The position numbers and the translations under genes are program-made. Below, piece by piece: positions 16,480 to 28,496 of a stretch of DNA of 64,000 nt. The stretch comes from the human T2T-CHM13v2.0 reference genome, Homo sapiens: assembly GCF_009914755.1 (NCBI RefSeq), contig NC_060926.1; one strand, 5' to 3'. The notes beneath the pieces are model-generated. The model was not told the DNA's origin, did not search any database, and worked only from the letters and a program-made list of their open reading frames with translations. Numbering within the stretch: the first letter of the stretch is position 1; each line of letters opens with the position of its first letter.

Positions 16480-16690
16480 AGTAGAGTGATTAAGAACCCT
16501 ACTTTGAAGCAAGGATGCTTTTACTCAGATCTCAACTCTACCCCTGACTAGCTATCTCACAGTAGGCCAGTTATGGCCTCTCTGTGACTCAGTTTCTTCA
16601 TCTGTGGAATTGGCATACCAATATTAACTTTCCTCATGAGGTTGCAATGAAGATTAAATGAGTTAGTTGTGCAAAATCTCTTGTGTTACA
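16480..16690 (+). mobile_element. MIR SINE
   Basis: CTCTCTGTGACTCAGTTTCTTCATCTGTG...CCTCATGAGGTTGCAATGAAGATTAAATGAGTTA. Confidence 0.8.
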
Positions 16691-17203
16691 GAGAAAAGTC
16701 TGAGAAACCAAGGCACAGAATGAATGTATGTAGCTAAATGTGAAAGAATAACATTGTAGGCAAATATCAGTTTGCTGAAGACATTTCTTACAGCTATGCC
16801 ATGTCCAACTTGCCAGCTCCTATTTCTCATAACCTGGTTTCATGACTAACTAAAGCTGTGAACACCAAAAACAGTATTCTAAGAAAACAGAATCTCAACT
16901 TTCAGAGACTGCTGTTTTTCTAGGTAATAAAGAGTCTCCATAGAGTTGCATCATTCAGAACAATAACAGTGACACATAGTTCTCTGCAACATTGGAAGTA
17001 GATTCACTATCAAGGGTAAGCCTTCCAGGAAGAGGCAGTCTCTTCTCATCCACCTTTGCTGCTCCCTAGTAGCTATGAAATAGCTGCTCCATATCAGTAG
17101 CTATGAAAATAAAATACAGAGAGAAGGTAGAAGGCTCAACTGCATCTATGATGCACTAGACATTTTCTGTCCAAGGGATGGAGTCATAAAACAAAACATG
17201 TAC

Positions 17204-17314
17204 AGGGCTTAATACCTGGGTGATGAAACAATATGTACAAGACCCTGTGACATGTGTTTACCTATGTGACAAATCTTTACACGTACCCCAAACCTCAAAT
17301 AAAAGTTAAAAAAA
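17204..17314 (+). mobile_element. Short L1PA 3'-end fragment
   Basis: GGCTTAATACCTGGGTGATGAAACAATATGTACA...AATAAAAGTTAAAAAAA. Confidence 0.8.
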
Positions 17315-17843
17315 TTTATTCTGTCCCACGCAAAGGTGAGGAAATCTGTCATCTATTTAGAAAGCCAATTTCTGTGCTTTGGTTACCTGTGACTCTAATA
17401 TTTTTATTATCAATTAATCTTCAATATATTTTATTTTTAGAGCAGTTGGAGGTTCATAACAAAATTAAGTGGAAAGTGCAGAGAGTTCTCATATATCCCC
17501 TGCCTCCACATTTGCACAGCCTCCCCCACTATCAGCATTAGGCACCAGAGTGAGACATTTGTTACAGCCCCTCTATGACTCATTTTCCTTACCTGTGAAA
17601 TGGGCATACCAATATTACTTCCTTCATGATACTGATATGAAGATATTTAATGAACCTATATAGCCAATCATTTTTACCCAAATACAAGCAATCACTTTTA
17701 CCCAAATGTAACCCATGTTTACATTAGGTTCACTCATGGTGTTGTATATTCTATGGGTTTTGACAAATGTATAATGATACATCCAGCATTGTGATATCAT
17801 ACAGAATAGTTTCATTGCCCTAAGTATCCTGTGTGCTCCCCCC

Positions 17844-18141
17844 TTTTCTTTTTTTTTTTTTTTTTTTTTGAGATGGAGTCTTGCTCTGTCGCCCGAACTG
17901 GAGTGCAGTGGCACGATCTGGGCTCACTGCAAGCTCCACCTCCTGGGTTCACGCCATTCTTCTGCCTCAGCCTCCCAGACTACAGGAGCCCACCACCACG
18001 CCTGGCTAATTTTTTGTATTTTTAGTAGAGATGTGGTTTCACCATGTTAGCCAGAATGGTCTCGATCTCCTGACCTCGTGATCTGCCCGCGTCGGCCTCC
18101 CAAAGTGCTGGGACTACAGGAGTGAGCCACCACGCCCGGCC
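17844..18141 (-). mobile_element. Alu SINE, AluY-type
   Basis: Y diagnostics GCAAGCTCC, TTCACGCCATTCT, GGTCTCGATCTCCTGACCTCGTGATC; small internal deletion. Confidence 0.95.
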
Positions 18142-18734
18142 TTGTGCTCCACTTATTTATTGCTTCCTCCCACCTAATCCCTGATCTTTTTACTGTCTCT
18201 ACAGTTTGTTTTCACCAGAATGTCGTATAATGGGAATCAAACAGTATGTAACATTTCCACGTTGGCTTTTCTCACTTACTAATATACATTTAAAGTTCTT
18301 CCATGTCTTTTCGTGACTTGATAGCTCATTTCTTTTTAATATTGAATAATATTCCATCATATAAATGTACCACAGTCTCTTTATCTGTTTACCTATTGAA
18401 GGACGTCTTAGTTGCTTCTAAGTTTTGGCAATTATGAAAAAAGCTGCTATAAACATCCATGTATAGGTTTTTGTGTGGGCTTAAATTTTCAACTTATTCG
18501 GGAGAATACCAAGCAGACCAATTCCTGGATTCTATGGTATGAGTATGTTTAGTTTTACATTAAACTGCAAAGCTGTCTTCCAAAGCGGCTGTACCATTTT
18601 GCATTTCCACCAACAATGAATGAGGGTTCCTGTTGCTCTACATTCTCATCAGCATTTGGTGTTGTCAGTGTTTTGGATTTTTGCCACTCCCATAGGCCTA
18701 TAGTAGTATCCTGTCACTTTAATTTACATTTCCT

Positions 18735-21289
18735 GGTAGGTAGATCAAGAATAGAAGACTCTACCAATCGCTCCCCTCCCAAACCCCAAGGACTCCAATT
18801 TAACAACTATCTACCCACAAAAAAACCATCTTCATAAGAACCCATAATCAGGTGAGCACTCGTAGTACTTGGTTTTAACTTTGTATTGCTGAAAGGGGCA
18901 CTGAAAAAGTAGAAAAAAAGACATAACCCTTCCCCTCCACCTCCCCACCCCAGCAGCAGTGGTATGGTACAGAAAGCTTCTCCATGAACTGGGGGAGGGA
19001 GAGTGCAGCAATTGTGAGGCATTAAACTCAGTGCTGTTGTTATAACAGAAAGGAAAACCAGTCCAAACTTAGCTGATCACCCACCCAAGGAAGGAGCATC
19101 AGCTAAGTTCTCATCAATCCCAGTGGTAAGAACTTGAGTTCCCACAAGCCTCACCACCATGGTCTAAAGTGCTCTGGGGCTCTAAATAAACTCGAAAGGC
19201 ATTCTAGGTCACAAGGACTACAATTCCTCGGTGAGTCCTAGGGCTAAACTGGGCTCAGAGACAGTTGACTGGAGGGACATGTGACCTACTGAGACACTGC
19301 AGCACCTAAGGCAGGGCTGCTATTAACACTTCCCTAACGCCAGGCTGCATAGCTCACAGCTCCACAAGAGACCTTTTCCTTCCACTTGAGGAGAGGAGAG
19401 GAAAGAGTGAGGATGAATTTGTCTTGCATCTTAGATACCAGCTCAGCCACAGCGGGATAGGACACCAATTGGAGTCATGAGGCCCCCTTCGCAGGCCCTA
19501 GATCCTAGATGACATTTCCAGACATACCCTGGGCCAGAAGGGAACCCATTGCTTTGAAAGAAAGGACGCTTTCCTGGCAGCATTCATCACCTGCTAAGTG
19601 AAGAGCCCTTAGGTCCTGAATAACCAGCAGCAATATGCAGGTACTACATTGAGGGTCTTGGGGGAGACTCTGAAACTTGCTGGCTTTGGGTGACTCAGCA
19701 CATTCCCAGCCATGATGGCTATGGGTGAGACTTCTTCTGCTTGAAAAAAGTGAAAGGAAAAGCAAAGGGGACTTTGTCATGCACCTTGGCCACAGGGTTG
19801 TAAAGCACAAAGCAGGCCTCTTGGGGTCCTCAATTCCAGGACTTGGCTCTTGGATGGCATTTCTGGACCTGCCCTGGGCCTGAAGGGAGCACGCTGCCCT
19901 AAAGGGTGAGTCCCAACCCAGGCAGCATTCACCACAAGCTGACTGAAGAGACTTTGTACCTTAAGGGAACATTGGTGGTAGTCTGGTAGTACTCCCTGTA
20001 GGCCTGTGGTGACGGTGGCCAAGAGGTGAGGCTCCTCTGCCTTTGAAAAGGTGAGAGAAGAGTGAGATGGACTGTATCTTGTAGTTTGAATGCCAGCTCA
20101 GCTGCAGTATAATAGACTTCTAAGGGTTTTGACTCTAATCCCTGGCTGCTGGGTGGCACCTCTGGGCCTTCCTGGAGCCTGGGGGAACTTGCTGCCCTGA
20201 AGGAAAGGACACGGGCCTGGCTGTCTTTGCCACTTGCTGATTGCAGAGAACATAGGCAGTAGCCAGGGAGTGGTTGCAACAGGCCTTGGGTGAAATCCAG
20301 TACTGTGCTGGCTTCAGGTCTGACTGAGAACAGTCATAGTGGTGATTGCCACAAGGGAGCTTGTATCACTCCACCCCCAGCTTTGGGTGGCTCAGAATAG
20401 AAAGAGAGGCTCCATTTGTTTAAGAGAAACTAAGGGAAGAGAAAAAGAGTCCCTGTCTGATAATACAAAAAATTTTCCCAGATCTTGTCTAAGACCATCA
20501 AGGCAGTACCTCTACAAGTATGCAATAACCACAGTGTTACTGAGCTTGAGGTACCTCTTGAAGCAGATACAGCTTAGATCACAACATCCAAGTCCTATCA
20601 AATATCTGGAAAGCCTTCCCAAGAAGGACCAGTACAAACACCAGACTGCAAAGACTACGATAAATACCCAGACACAGATGAATATCTACAAATATTGAGA
20701 CGACCCAGGAAAACATGACCTCATTAAATGAACCTAATAAGGCACCAGGGACCAGTCTTGGAGAAACAGAGATATGTGACCTTTCAGACAGAAAATTTAA
20801 AATAGCTATTTTGAGGAAACTCAAAGAAATTCAAGAGAACACAGAAAAGGAATTCAGAATTCTATCAGATAAATTTAACAAAGAGGTTGAAATAATTTAA
20901 AAGAATCAAACAGAAAATCCGGAACTGAAAAATGCAATTGGCATACAAAAAATGCATCAGTCTTTTAATAACAGAATTGGCCAAGCAGAAGAAAGAATTA
21001 GTGAACTTGAAGACATGCTGTTTGTAAATACACAGTGAAAGGAGACAAAAGAAAAAAGAATGAAAAACAATGAAGCATGCCTACAAGATCTAGAAAATAG
21101 CCTTAAAAGGGCAAATCTAAGAGTTACTGGCCTTAAAGAGGAGGTAGAGAAAGACAGAGGTAGAAAATTCATTCAAAGGGATAACAGAGAATTTCCCAAA
21201 CCTAGAGGAAGATATGAATATCCAAATCCAAAAAAGATTATAGAACACCAAGCAGATTTAACCCAAAGAAGACTACCTTAGGCATTTAA
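18735..21289 (+). mobile_element. L1M (L1MA-type) 5' UTR plus N-terminal ORF1, 3'-truncated
   Basis: L1M 5'-end motifs (AATTTAACAACTATCTAC...AATCAGGTGAGCACTC); ORF1 remnants MTSLNEPNKAPGTSLGETEICDLSDRKFKIAILRKL and LQDLENSLKRANLRVTGLKEE; flanked by TAATTTRCATTTCCT. Confidence 0.88.
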
Positions 21290-21594
21290 TAATTTGCATT
21301 TCCTAATGAGATATGATGTTGTGTATCTTTTCATATGCTTATTTGCCATCTTTCGTTCTTCTTTGGTGAAGTGTGTTCAAATCTTTTGCGCGCTTATTAA
21401 TCAGGTTGTTTGTGTTCTTATTGTTGAGTTTTACAATTTCTGTGCATATTGTGGATAACAGTCCTTTATCAGATGCATCTTTTGTAATTATTGTATCCCT
21501 GTCTGTGACTTGCCTTTTCATTCTCTTGACAGCTTCTGTTGCAGATGAGAAGTTTTCAATTTTATATCAATTTTTGTTCCCCAAAGTGCACAAA

Positions 21595-22748
21595 TGTAAC
21601 AGGCTACTGAGTACAAGTTTTTCTGTTATCCCAAAATTGGCAGTTAAGGCCACAATATTAAAATAGAGAAGTTGGAGAACTGAGAACAACTGGAGCTAAC
21701 CACCTTCTTTAAGGCTTACGAAGACACAACCAGGTAAAGGCTCTGCTGCTCTAAATCATCACCCCAAACTGGACCTTCTCCCTCTCCAGTCAAGTCTGAA
21801 AGGAAGACTGAGGTGGGAACAGAGAAGAAGGAAATGATTAGAGGTGTAAGGTGGCCTTGGTAGGGGTGGGAAGGGAGTAATACTTCAGTTTTCTATCTAT
21901 TCCACCAAGACATGCCTCTCACCACTGAACCAACTTCGGGGCTGCCATGAGAACCACTCTTAAAGCCTGGAAGGAGTGCCTATAGGAAGAGAAGGCCAGA
22001 ATTACATTTCTAGCTTTGACATCTGCACCTGCAGTGGCCTTGCCAATCAAGCCACTGTACCTACCTGAACTGAGGGGAAAAAAAAGTGACTTAGAAAAGG
22101 GAGAGAGCACAGCTCTGGGGCAACCCACATGTGTATCTCCATAGGCCATGTGAACTTGGGAGAAGTAGCTAGGTTTGTGTTATCTTGACAAATTCTACCC
22201 ACAAGGATTGGCCATTGAAAGCACATCTCAGCAGCAGGAGCTGGGGAGTGTTCCATGTATGAGATATCAATGACTGTGCAGTGGTGAGGTCCCTAAGGGG
22301 CTTCTGAAAACTCCCAGATAGAGACCTCTGCCTCCCAGTCCACATTAACCAGATAAACAGTCAAAATTTTACAGAGGACAAACTTCAGCTGCACTATTAA
22401 ATGTGAGAGACTTGTCCTTTCTTTTCTTTCCCAAATCACCACAAACTGTGGAACCCTAGAAGAGGGAAGGAGAGATAGTATCCTGAAGGCAGACCACACC
22501 CACGTCTTCTATTCCCGACACCTTATATCTGATCTGTGATGTTGGAGGCAATAGCTCTAAATTAGATTGAGATTGAAGCTTTTCTAACACTGAATTGTTA
22601 TGGTTTTGTTTTTTTTATAGAAGCCTAACCAAAAGATCACAGGATCTGCCCAAGTAAAAGAGAAATTTGACAAAGCTTAATTGAAAAAAAAAGTTACTTT
22701 CATATATATGCCCCAGGGAAATTCAGAATATTCAGCAAACTCATTACT
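21595..22748 (+). mobile_element. Possible ancient solo LTR (LTR78/79- or MamGypLTR-like)
   Basis: Begins TGTAAC, ends ...AAACTCATTAC; internal GGATCTGCCCAAG and TTTCATATATATGCCCCA resemble recalled ancient LTR consensus. Confidence 0.35.
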
Positions 22749-24612
22749 AAAAGTAAACAAAATAATATGATATTACCATTAGGAAGAGAAGTACTTCATT
22801 AAAGTGATCACAAGTGAGAAATTAAGGAGTAGGACACTAAACATACACTCCATATTGTATTTTTAATAATAATTAGGAGACTTCAAATCAAAGAGCAAAC
22901 TATACAAGATTAATAATGATGGCACTCAGTATAGCCGATTTACAGCGCATTATAGTAGTAGTAACATGGGCTACGAATAAGAAAGACCTGGATTCAGTCA
23001 AGTATTCTGATGAATGGCCCTCAATTTGGTTTTATCTGATGTTTTGTCATGAATTCGATTGAAGCCATAAATTACTGGAAAGGCTAGCACAGAACTGTAT
23101 TTTAACATAATTGAAAGTATTTTCTTCAAACAATTTTGAAATTGTATTTTTTCAACATATTATATCACACATTTTACCCCATATCAATGACACTTTTCAT
23201 GGGCATTATTTTCTCATCTGAGAAGATGGAAACAATAAATAGATTAGATGGACATATATAATAGACTAGTACAATAACGTGATAGTATGGTTTAGATAAT
23301 TTTTAAAATCCATGACGATGTCTAATGTCATCAAGAAATATTAATTGAGCAGGAAGAATTTGAGCTAGGCTTTGCAAGACAGGAAAATATTGCTAACTAG
23401 AGAGGTTGAAACTTTATATATTGGGCAAAGAGGCAGAGGAAGGAATATATTAGGAATAGGAACCCATAGCATGGCATAAAGATGCTATAAAGCCATCACC
23501 CAGCAGATTTTAAAATCTTTTCAAAAATATTGTATTCTATTCTGAAACATAACTATGAAGTAAGTGTCATCATCTTATTTTCACTAATAAAATTAATTGA
23601 GGCATAAATAATGACTTTTACTAGATCCCTCAGTATAAACACTACATGAAAAGTCAAATCCAGATTATTTGGATTCCTAATTTTATTGTCATTCCATTAC
23701 ATTTTTAAGATTCTGTAATATTAACTTGGAATAAATTGGTGTTGTAATAAAAAATTATTCCATCTAAAAAAGTCCTGATGTATTTACTACCTCTGTGACC
23801 TCTGAGAATCCACATGGGAAATGGCCATAATAATGCCTTCTAACAGGGTTACTGAAAGGATTAATGATGAAATACGACCTAGCAGATGATAGGCACTTGA
23901 AAAACAGTGGCTACTGTTGTTAGCATTTTTTTCATCATTTATTCATAATTACCACCTATTAGGGTGATTATTTACTGAAAAGATATCAGTTACATCCAGA
24001 GTCATAACAGTACTGGTAAAAATATATTTAAGTGGAAATTTTGGCTTATGGAAAAAAATCATAATTCAGGGTAAACTAAATTCCTCAAAGTAGCTAGCAT
24101 TTCACAATAACTTAGGTGCCCTAGTTTATGGACTACTCTGCAGGTAAGAAAAACATAAAGTGATGGGTTTTCTCCCATGCTATATGCCTTATAACATTTT
24201 ATCAGGACTGGAAGGGCACTCAGAGGGAACATTTAGGCCAAAGGAGGCTACATGACATGCTCAGAGACATCTGATCATACCTCATCTCCATTCATCCTTC
24301 GTATGCCCCATCTGTTTGTTTGCTGGCTGTTTCTATCATATCATACATTTATGTGCCACCAAATTTCATCTTTGCCATTTAAGGAAGGCACCTAAGATAC
24401 CAGTATTGGTTCCTCTGCTCTTGGTACTTTATTGCAGGGGAGTACTTGGCCTCACCATCTGGTTCAATACCACCTAACATTGCACTGAATGACCAGACAA
24501 GTATTTGACTCATGACAGTCTGTTTGATTTGTGATCCCTGTATCCCCTCCCCTCTTAGACCATTATTCTCTTTATTCATTCTTCCTTCCACGCACAGCAT
24601 GTAGCAAATATG

Positions 24613-24920
<308 letters not shown>

Positions 24921-25599
24921 GTAGCAAATATGAACCAGTCACAGTATTTGATGCATTTCACTTTGTTCTCTTTAGAAGTTCTCATAATGGTTGTCCTGAG
25001 GAAAATCAATTAAACTATTGACTTAAATACCATTGTGGGATCAATTATGATTCCAATTAGCTGTGCCATCTGGGTTGCTCATTACCACTCTTGGAAAAAA
25101 ACTTGTTAGAGTGAGAAAGTGTGTCTCCTATCCTCATGTTTATTCATCGTTAGGTCTAGAATTTACCTTTAGACACTGGCCCTGCATGCTCAAGATCCCA
25201 CAGCTAGCCTCCTCTATTGTGATGCCTTGGGTCTGTCTGCCCCAAACCATTTTTCCTGGCCACAGAGGGCCTGTTACTGGCATCCCTCTTCTCTTCCCAC
25301 TGCAAGAGCTAACAATTACTAATTCATTACGTGTCAGTCACTCTGCTAACCCACTTTGCATGCACGATTTCTTCAAATCCCACGAGGTAGACAATACTGT
25401 TCTCCTCTTTCAAAAAGAAAATACTTGAACCTTGGAAAGAGAAAGGTGCCTTTTCCAACGCCACAGTGTGTTCAAACACAAGTCCCTGAGACACAGGCAC
25501 TGCCTCTCATCCCAGCTGCCCTGAGTCTAAGAGCCAGGTTCCTGATGTGTTCTGCGCTCATAAGCCTTTAATGAGATAAACAAGCTAGAGAAACCCCAG

Positions 25600-25790
25600 A
25601 AATGGTTCTTAAAATTGAGATCCTTCAACACCAGCATCCTTTACAAAATATAGGTTCCCAGGGACACACATCCCCCCATCTCATACTTACTGAATCAGAA
25701 TCACAAGAAGCGAGACCCAGGAACCAGTGCTTGAATACTGTCCGGCGGGTTACGTGCTTAAAATTTGAGATCTTCTGCTCTGTGTCTTTC
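25600..25790. mobile_element. MER5-type hAT-Charlie DNA transposon relic
   Basis: Degenerate TIRs (ATGGTTCTTAAA...TTTGAGATCTTCTG) and internal TACTGAATCAGAATC motif. Confidence 0.7.
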
Positions 25791-26166
25791 TTACAGGACA
25801 CCTAAAGTGTACTTAACAAAGTCTTCCCAGAGACAACGCCCTGACTCCTGGTGGTCTAGCCCTAAAATGTAACTCTGATATGATCTGAATTTGACAGAAT
25901 ACTTTGTGAAACACTCAAAGCTCACCTTTTGGCTATTTATTTGATGAAGTTTCAGCTGCCTCTGGCTGAGCTCTGAGCCCTATGTCACAGAAAGCACATA
26001 AAAGCAACTAGTTTGCTGATCTTTTCTGTAGCAGCCACAAAAAGAGATACCCTATTCAATCAAACTGTTTGTTGATTATCTATTCTTTGCAGATAATACA
26101 GAGGTGAAAGGACAGGGTTCCTGTCCTGAGAAAGGCTAGAGTGGATACAGCTAAGAAAATAATCAA

Positions 26167-26247
26167 TTCTCTCTCTCTCTCTCTCTGTTTTTCTCTCTGC
26201 CCCTCCCTTCCTCCCTCCCTCTCTTTCTCTTTCACACACACACACTC
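26167..26247. repeat. Compound (CT)n / CT-rich / (CA)n microsatellite
   Basis: Directly visible. Confidence 0.9.
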
Positions 26248-26764
26248 CCATGAGCCCACTCAACCTGTCTTCATCATTAGAATATCATGTTTGAGTTCTA
26301 GTGCTTAACCAATGTAAAATTGGCTTTTCACCATCTCCCTCCTTTCTTTTTTCTTAATAAGAACCTTCAACTTCCTAGACCAATCTCGTCTCTTTCCTTC
26401 TCCTTGTGTTGATGTCACACTCTTGTATTTATTGAACCCTTCCATTATCAAAAATAGATGTCTAAATGTCATAAACTCGACATCTGCCTTGACATAAGAT
26501 ATCCCCATAGCAAATCCACTGATCATATAAGAAAAAATAGGCGAAACCTAGTATCAACAAGAAGTCCAAAATACTTGGATGACGAGTCAGTCAGCTTACT
26601 CATTAAACACTTGAATAAAAAATTTCCAGCAATAATTTCCTCAATATGATATTTATTTGAATATATAACACTGCATTAAAACTTGCTAATTTCTTCCCCT
26701 CCCCAAGATCAAAAGAAATAATGAATAATGAAAATCAACCCACACATTTCAAATTCAAACTTAC

Positions 26765-26867
26765 CATAGAGGTCTGGTTGGCAAATCTCAGTCAGTGATT
26801 CCTCCTGGTTCCCAAGCCAGAGAATAGGAGGTTTCGTCTACTCTGCTCTAAATGAATGTACAGCCTC
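26765..26867 (-). other. Candidate non-coding exon (103 nt)
   Basis: Acceptor ttaatgacctgttgcatttcag|G and donor ATG|gtaagt; stops in all three frames; no transcript evidence available. Confidence 0.35.
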
Positions 26868-27366
26868 CTGAAATGCAACAGGTCATTAACATAATGAAAA
26901 GGAAATACAGCCTCCCCCTAATTCAGACTGCTCACCTTATCTTCCCTGAAATGAGTTCTCATCCATTTATTTCAGGACATGGACAAACTGTCTAGTATCA
27001 AATACTCACAAATAGAGATTGGAAAAAAAAGAAAAATTCAGTGATGCCTATGTGATTCTCAAGCTCTGTACAAATAAAAAATTCATCTTATACTGAATCA
27101 AGTGACAAAAGAAACCATTTCTCATCTGGAGTTACTCCCAAATAAATGTTGTACTTGTGGCTTTTATGTGGACTCTAAGCTTTCAGAGTTTCAAATGCTA
27201 CTTACTATAATCTAACTACAAATTCAGCTCCACCTACTTCTGTTTTCAGGTAAATAATGAATGTATTTTAGTTGGAAGGAGTTTTCCTTCTATATATTTT
27301 TTTAAAAACAAAACCTAAGCCTTGCTCTTGGTTAACTTCATGTGGTTCAACTAAAGTCAGACTTAC

Positions 27367-27468
27367 CTGAGTTTTGTCTTTGAAGCAGGATAGACGTCAC
27401 TTAGGTTGTCTATCTTCTTAACAGAATGCCATGTTGGCTTTTTTCCACGTGACATTTAATTCCAATCT
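27367..27468 (-). other. Candidate non-coding exon (102 nt; alternative acceptor at 27561)
   Basis: Perfect donor CAG|gtaagt; acceptors tctctctacaaattatttctag| or gtgacttgttttctag|; stops in all frames. Confidence 0.35.
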
Positions 27469-28352
27469 CTAGAAATAATTTGTAGAGAGAGCGAATTTGC
27501 CACACATACAGCAATTAACATGAAAAACCTTCCACACACACAGAAAAGCTCATGATGTGATCTAGAAAACAAGTCACTTCCAACTTGTGGAAAACTGAAG
27601 GTGTTCTTGCCTTTAAGGCAAGATCTGCCTCCCATAGTCATTCTAGTTATTCTGAACCTGTAACTGCCTCTCCCTGTTTTATTTTGAGATATTTATCATG
27701 TGTGATCAGTTGAAAGTTAACCTGGTATAACACAAAAGAAAAAAACTCTTTTGCTTGAATTTGTTCACAAAGGACATCCATTCTTAACAGAAAACATAGC
27801 TTTTGTTTTCCAAATCACATGTGAGTTGTTTAATTATGAAGTTCCTAACAATGATGGCAATTTAAAAAATAGTAACAAATGCATTGGAAACTATTGCAGT
27901 CTTGGCTAACCATATGTGAGACAGAACTCCGTTATTTGCCATCATCAAATATAAAGAAAATAATGAGGAAAGAAATCATAGCAGTGGAAAATTGTACTCA
28001 TAAAAGAAATCTGACTTGTCTTATGGGTTCCTACTAACAGAACTATGTAACATTTTGTTGCCCGTTACTAGCCAAGGTTTTGTATTATGTATATGGGCCA
28101 CATAAAACTGAAAAAACAGCTGTTTCCACACATACCCCCGTTTGCCTATATGACACTTCTATCTCCCCTTCAGGATCTAGCTTGATGTGTCCTCACGGAT
28201 GAGTGTGTCTGTCCAATAGCTACTTCCACGGGTGGCCAAGCATCTGCATCCCTCTAAACACCAATCCCTGTAAGAATCATTAGTATCGACCCAAGTTTCA
28301 TTTCTCCTCGGTGGCCTTAAAGAAATCTTTCCGATGTCTGCTGTGTCTCTAC

Positions 28353-28496
28353 CTGTCCTGTAGTGCTGGAGCTGGCTGGAGAGAGGCAGTAAAGGCCGTG
28401 AGGCTGCCCTGTGGGAGATATTGACCCTGCACAGAGCTGGGGGAGGGCACAGTGCTGGCAGCTGGAGGAAGAGGAGGAGGAGGAATTTGTGTGCCA
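28353..28496 (-). other. Candidate exon (144 nt, open in all three frames)
   Basis: U-rich acceptor gtttttgttggcactgtgtattgtttgcag|, donor CAG|gtagag, locally raised GC content. Confidence 0.3.

Larger units (their letters stand above)
17425..21570 (-). mobile_element. L1MB/L1MC-like 3' portion, interrupted by a MIR-like insert, an AluY and an L1 5' piece
   Basis: Antisense L1 3' UTR (TTTTTAGAGCAGTT...CCTCCCCCACTATCA) running into antisense ORF2 (SDKGLLSTIC...) and resuming at 21305. Confidence 0.8.

Noticed and set aside
19500-20230. Three ~300-350-bp-spaced imperfect repeats (…CCCTGGGCC.GAAGGGA…GCTGCCCT.AAGG)
   Set aside because: They lie inside the L1M 5' UTR and are best explained as that family's internal repeats; not CRISPR-like (no constant repeat with unique 30-40 nt spacers)
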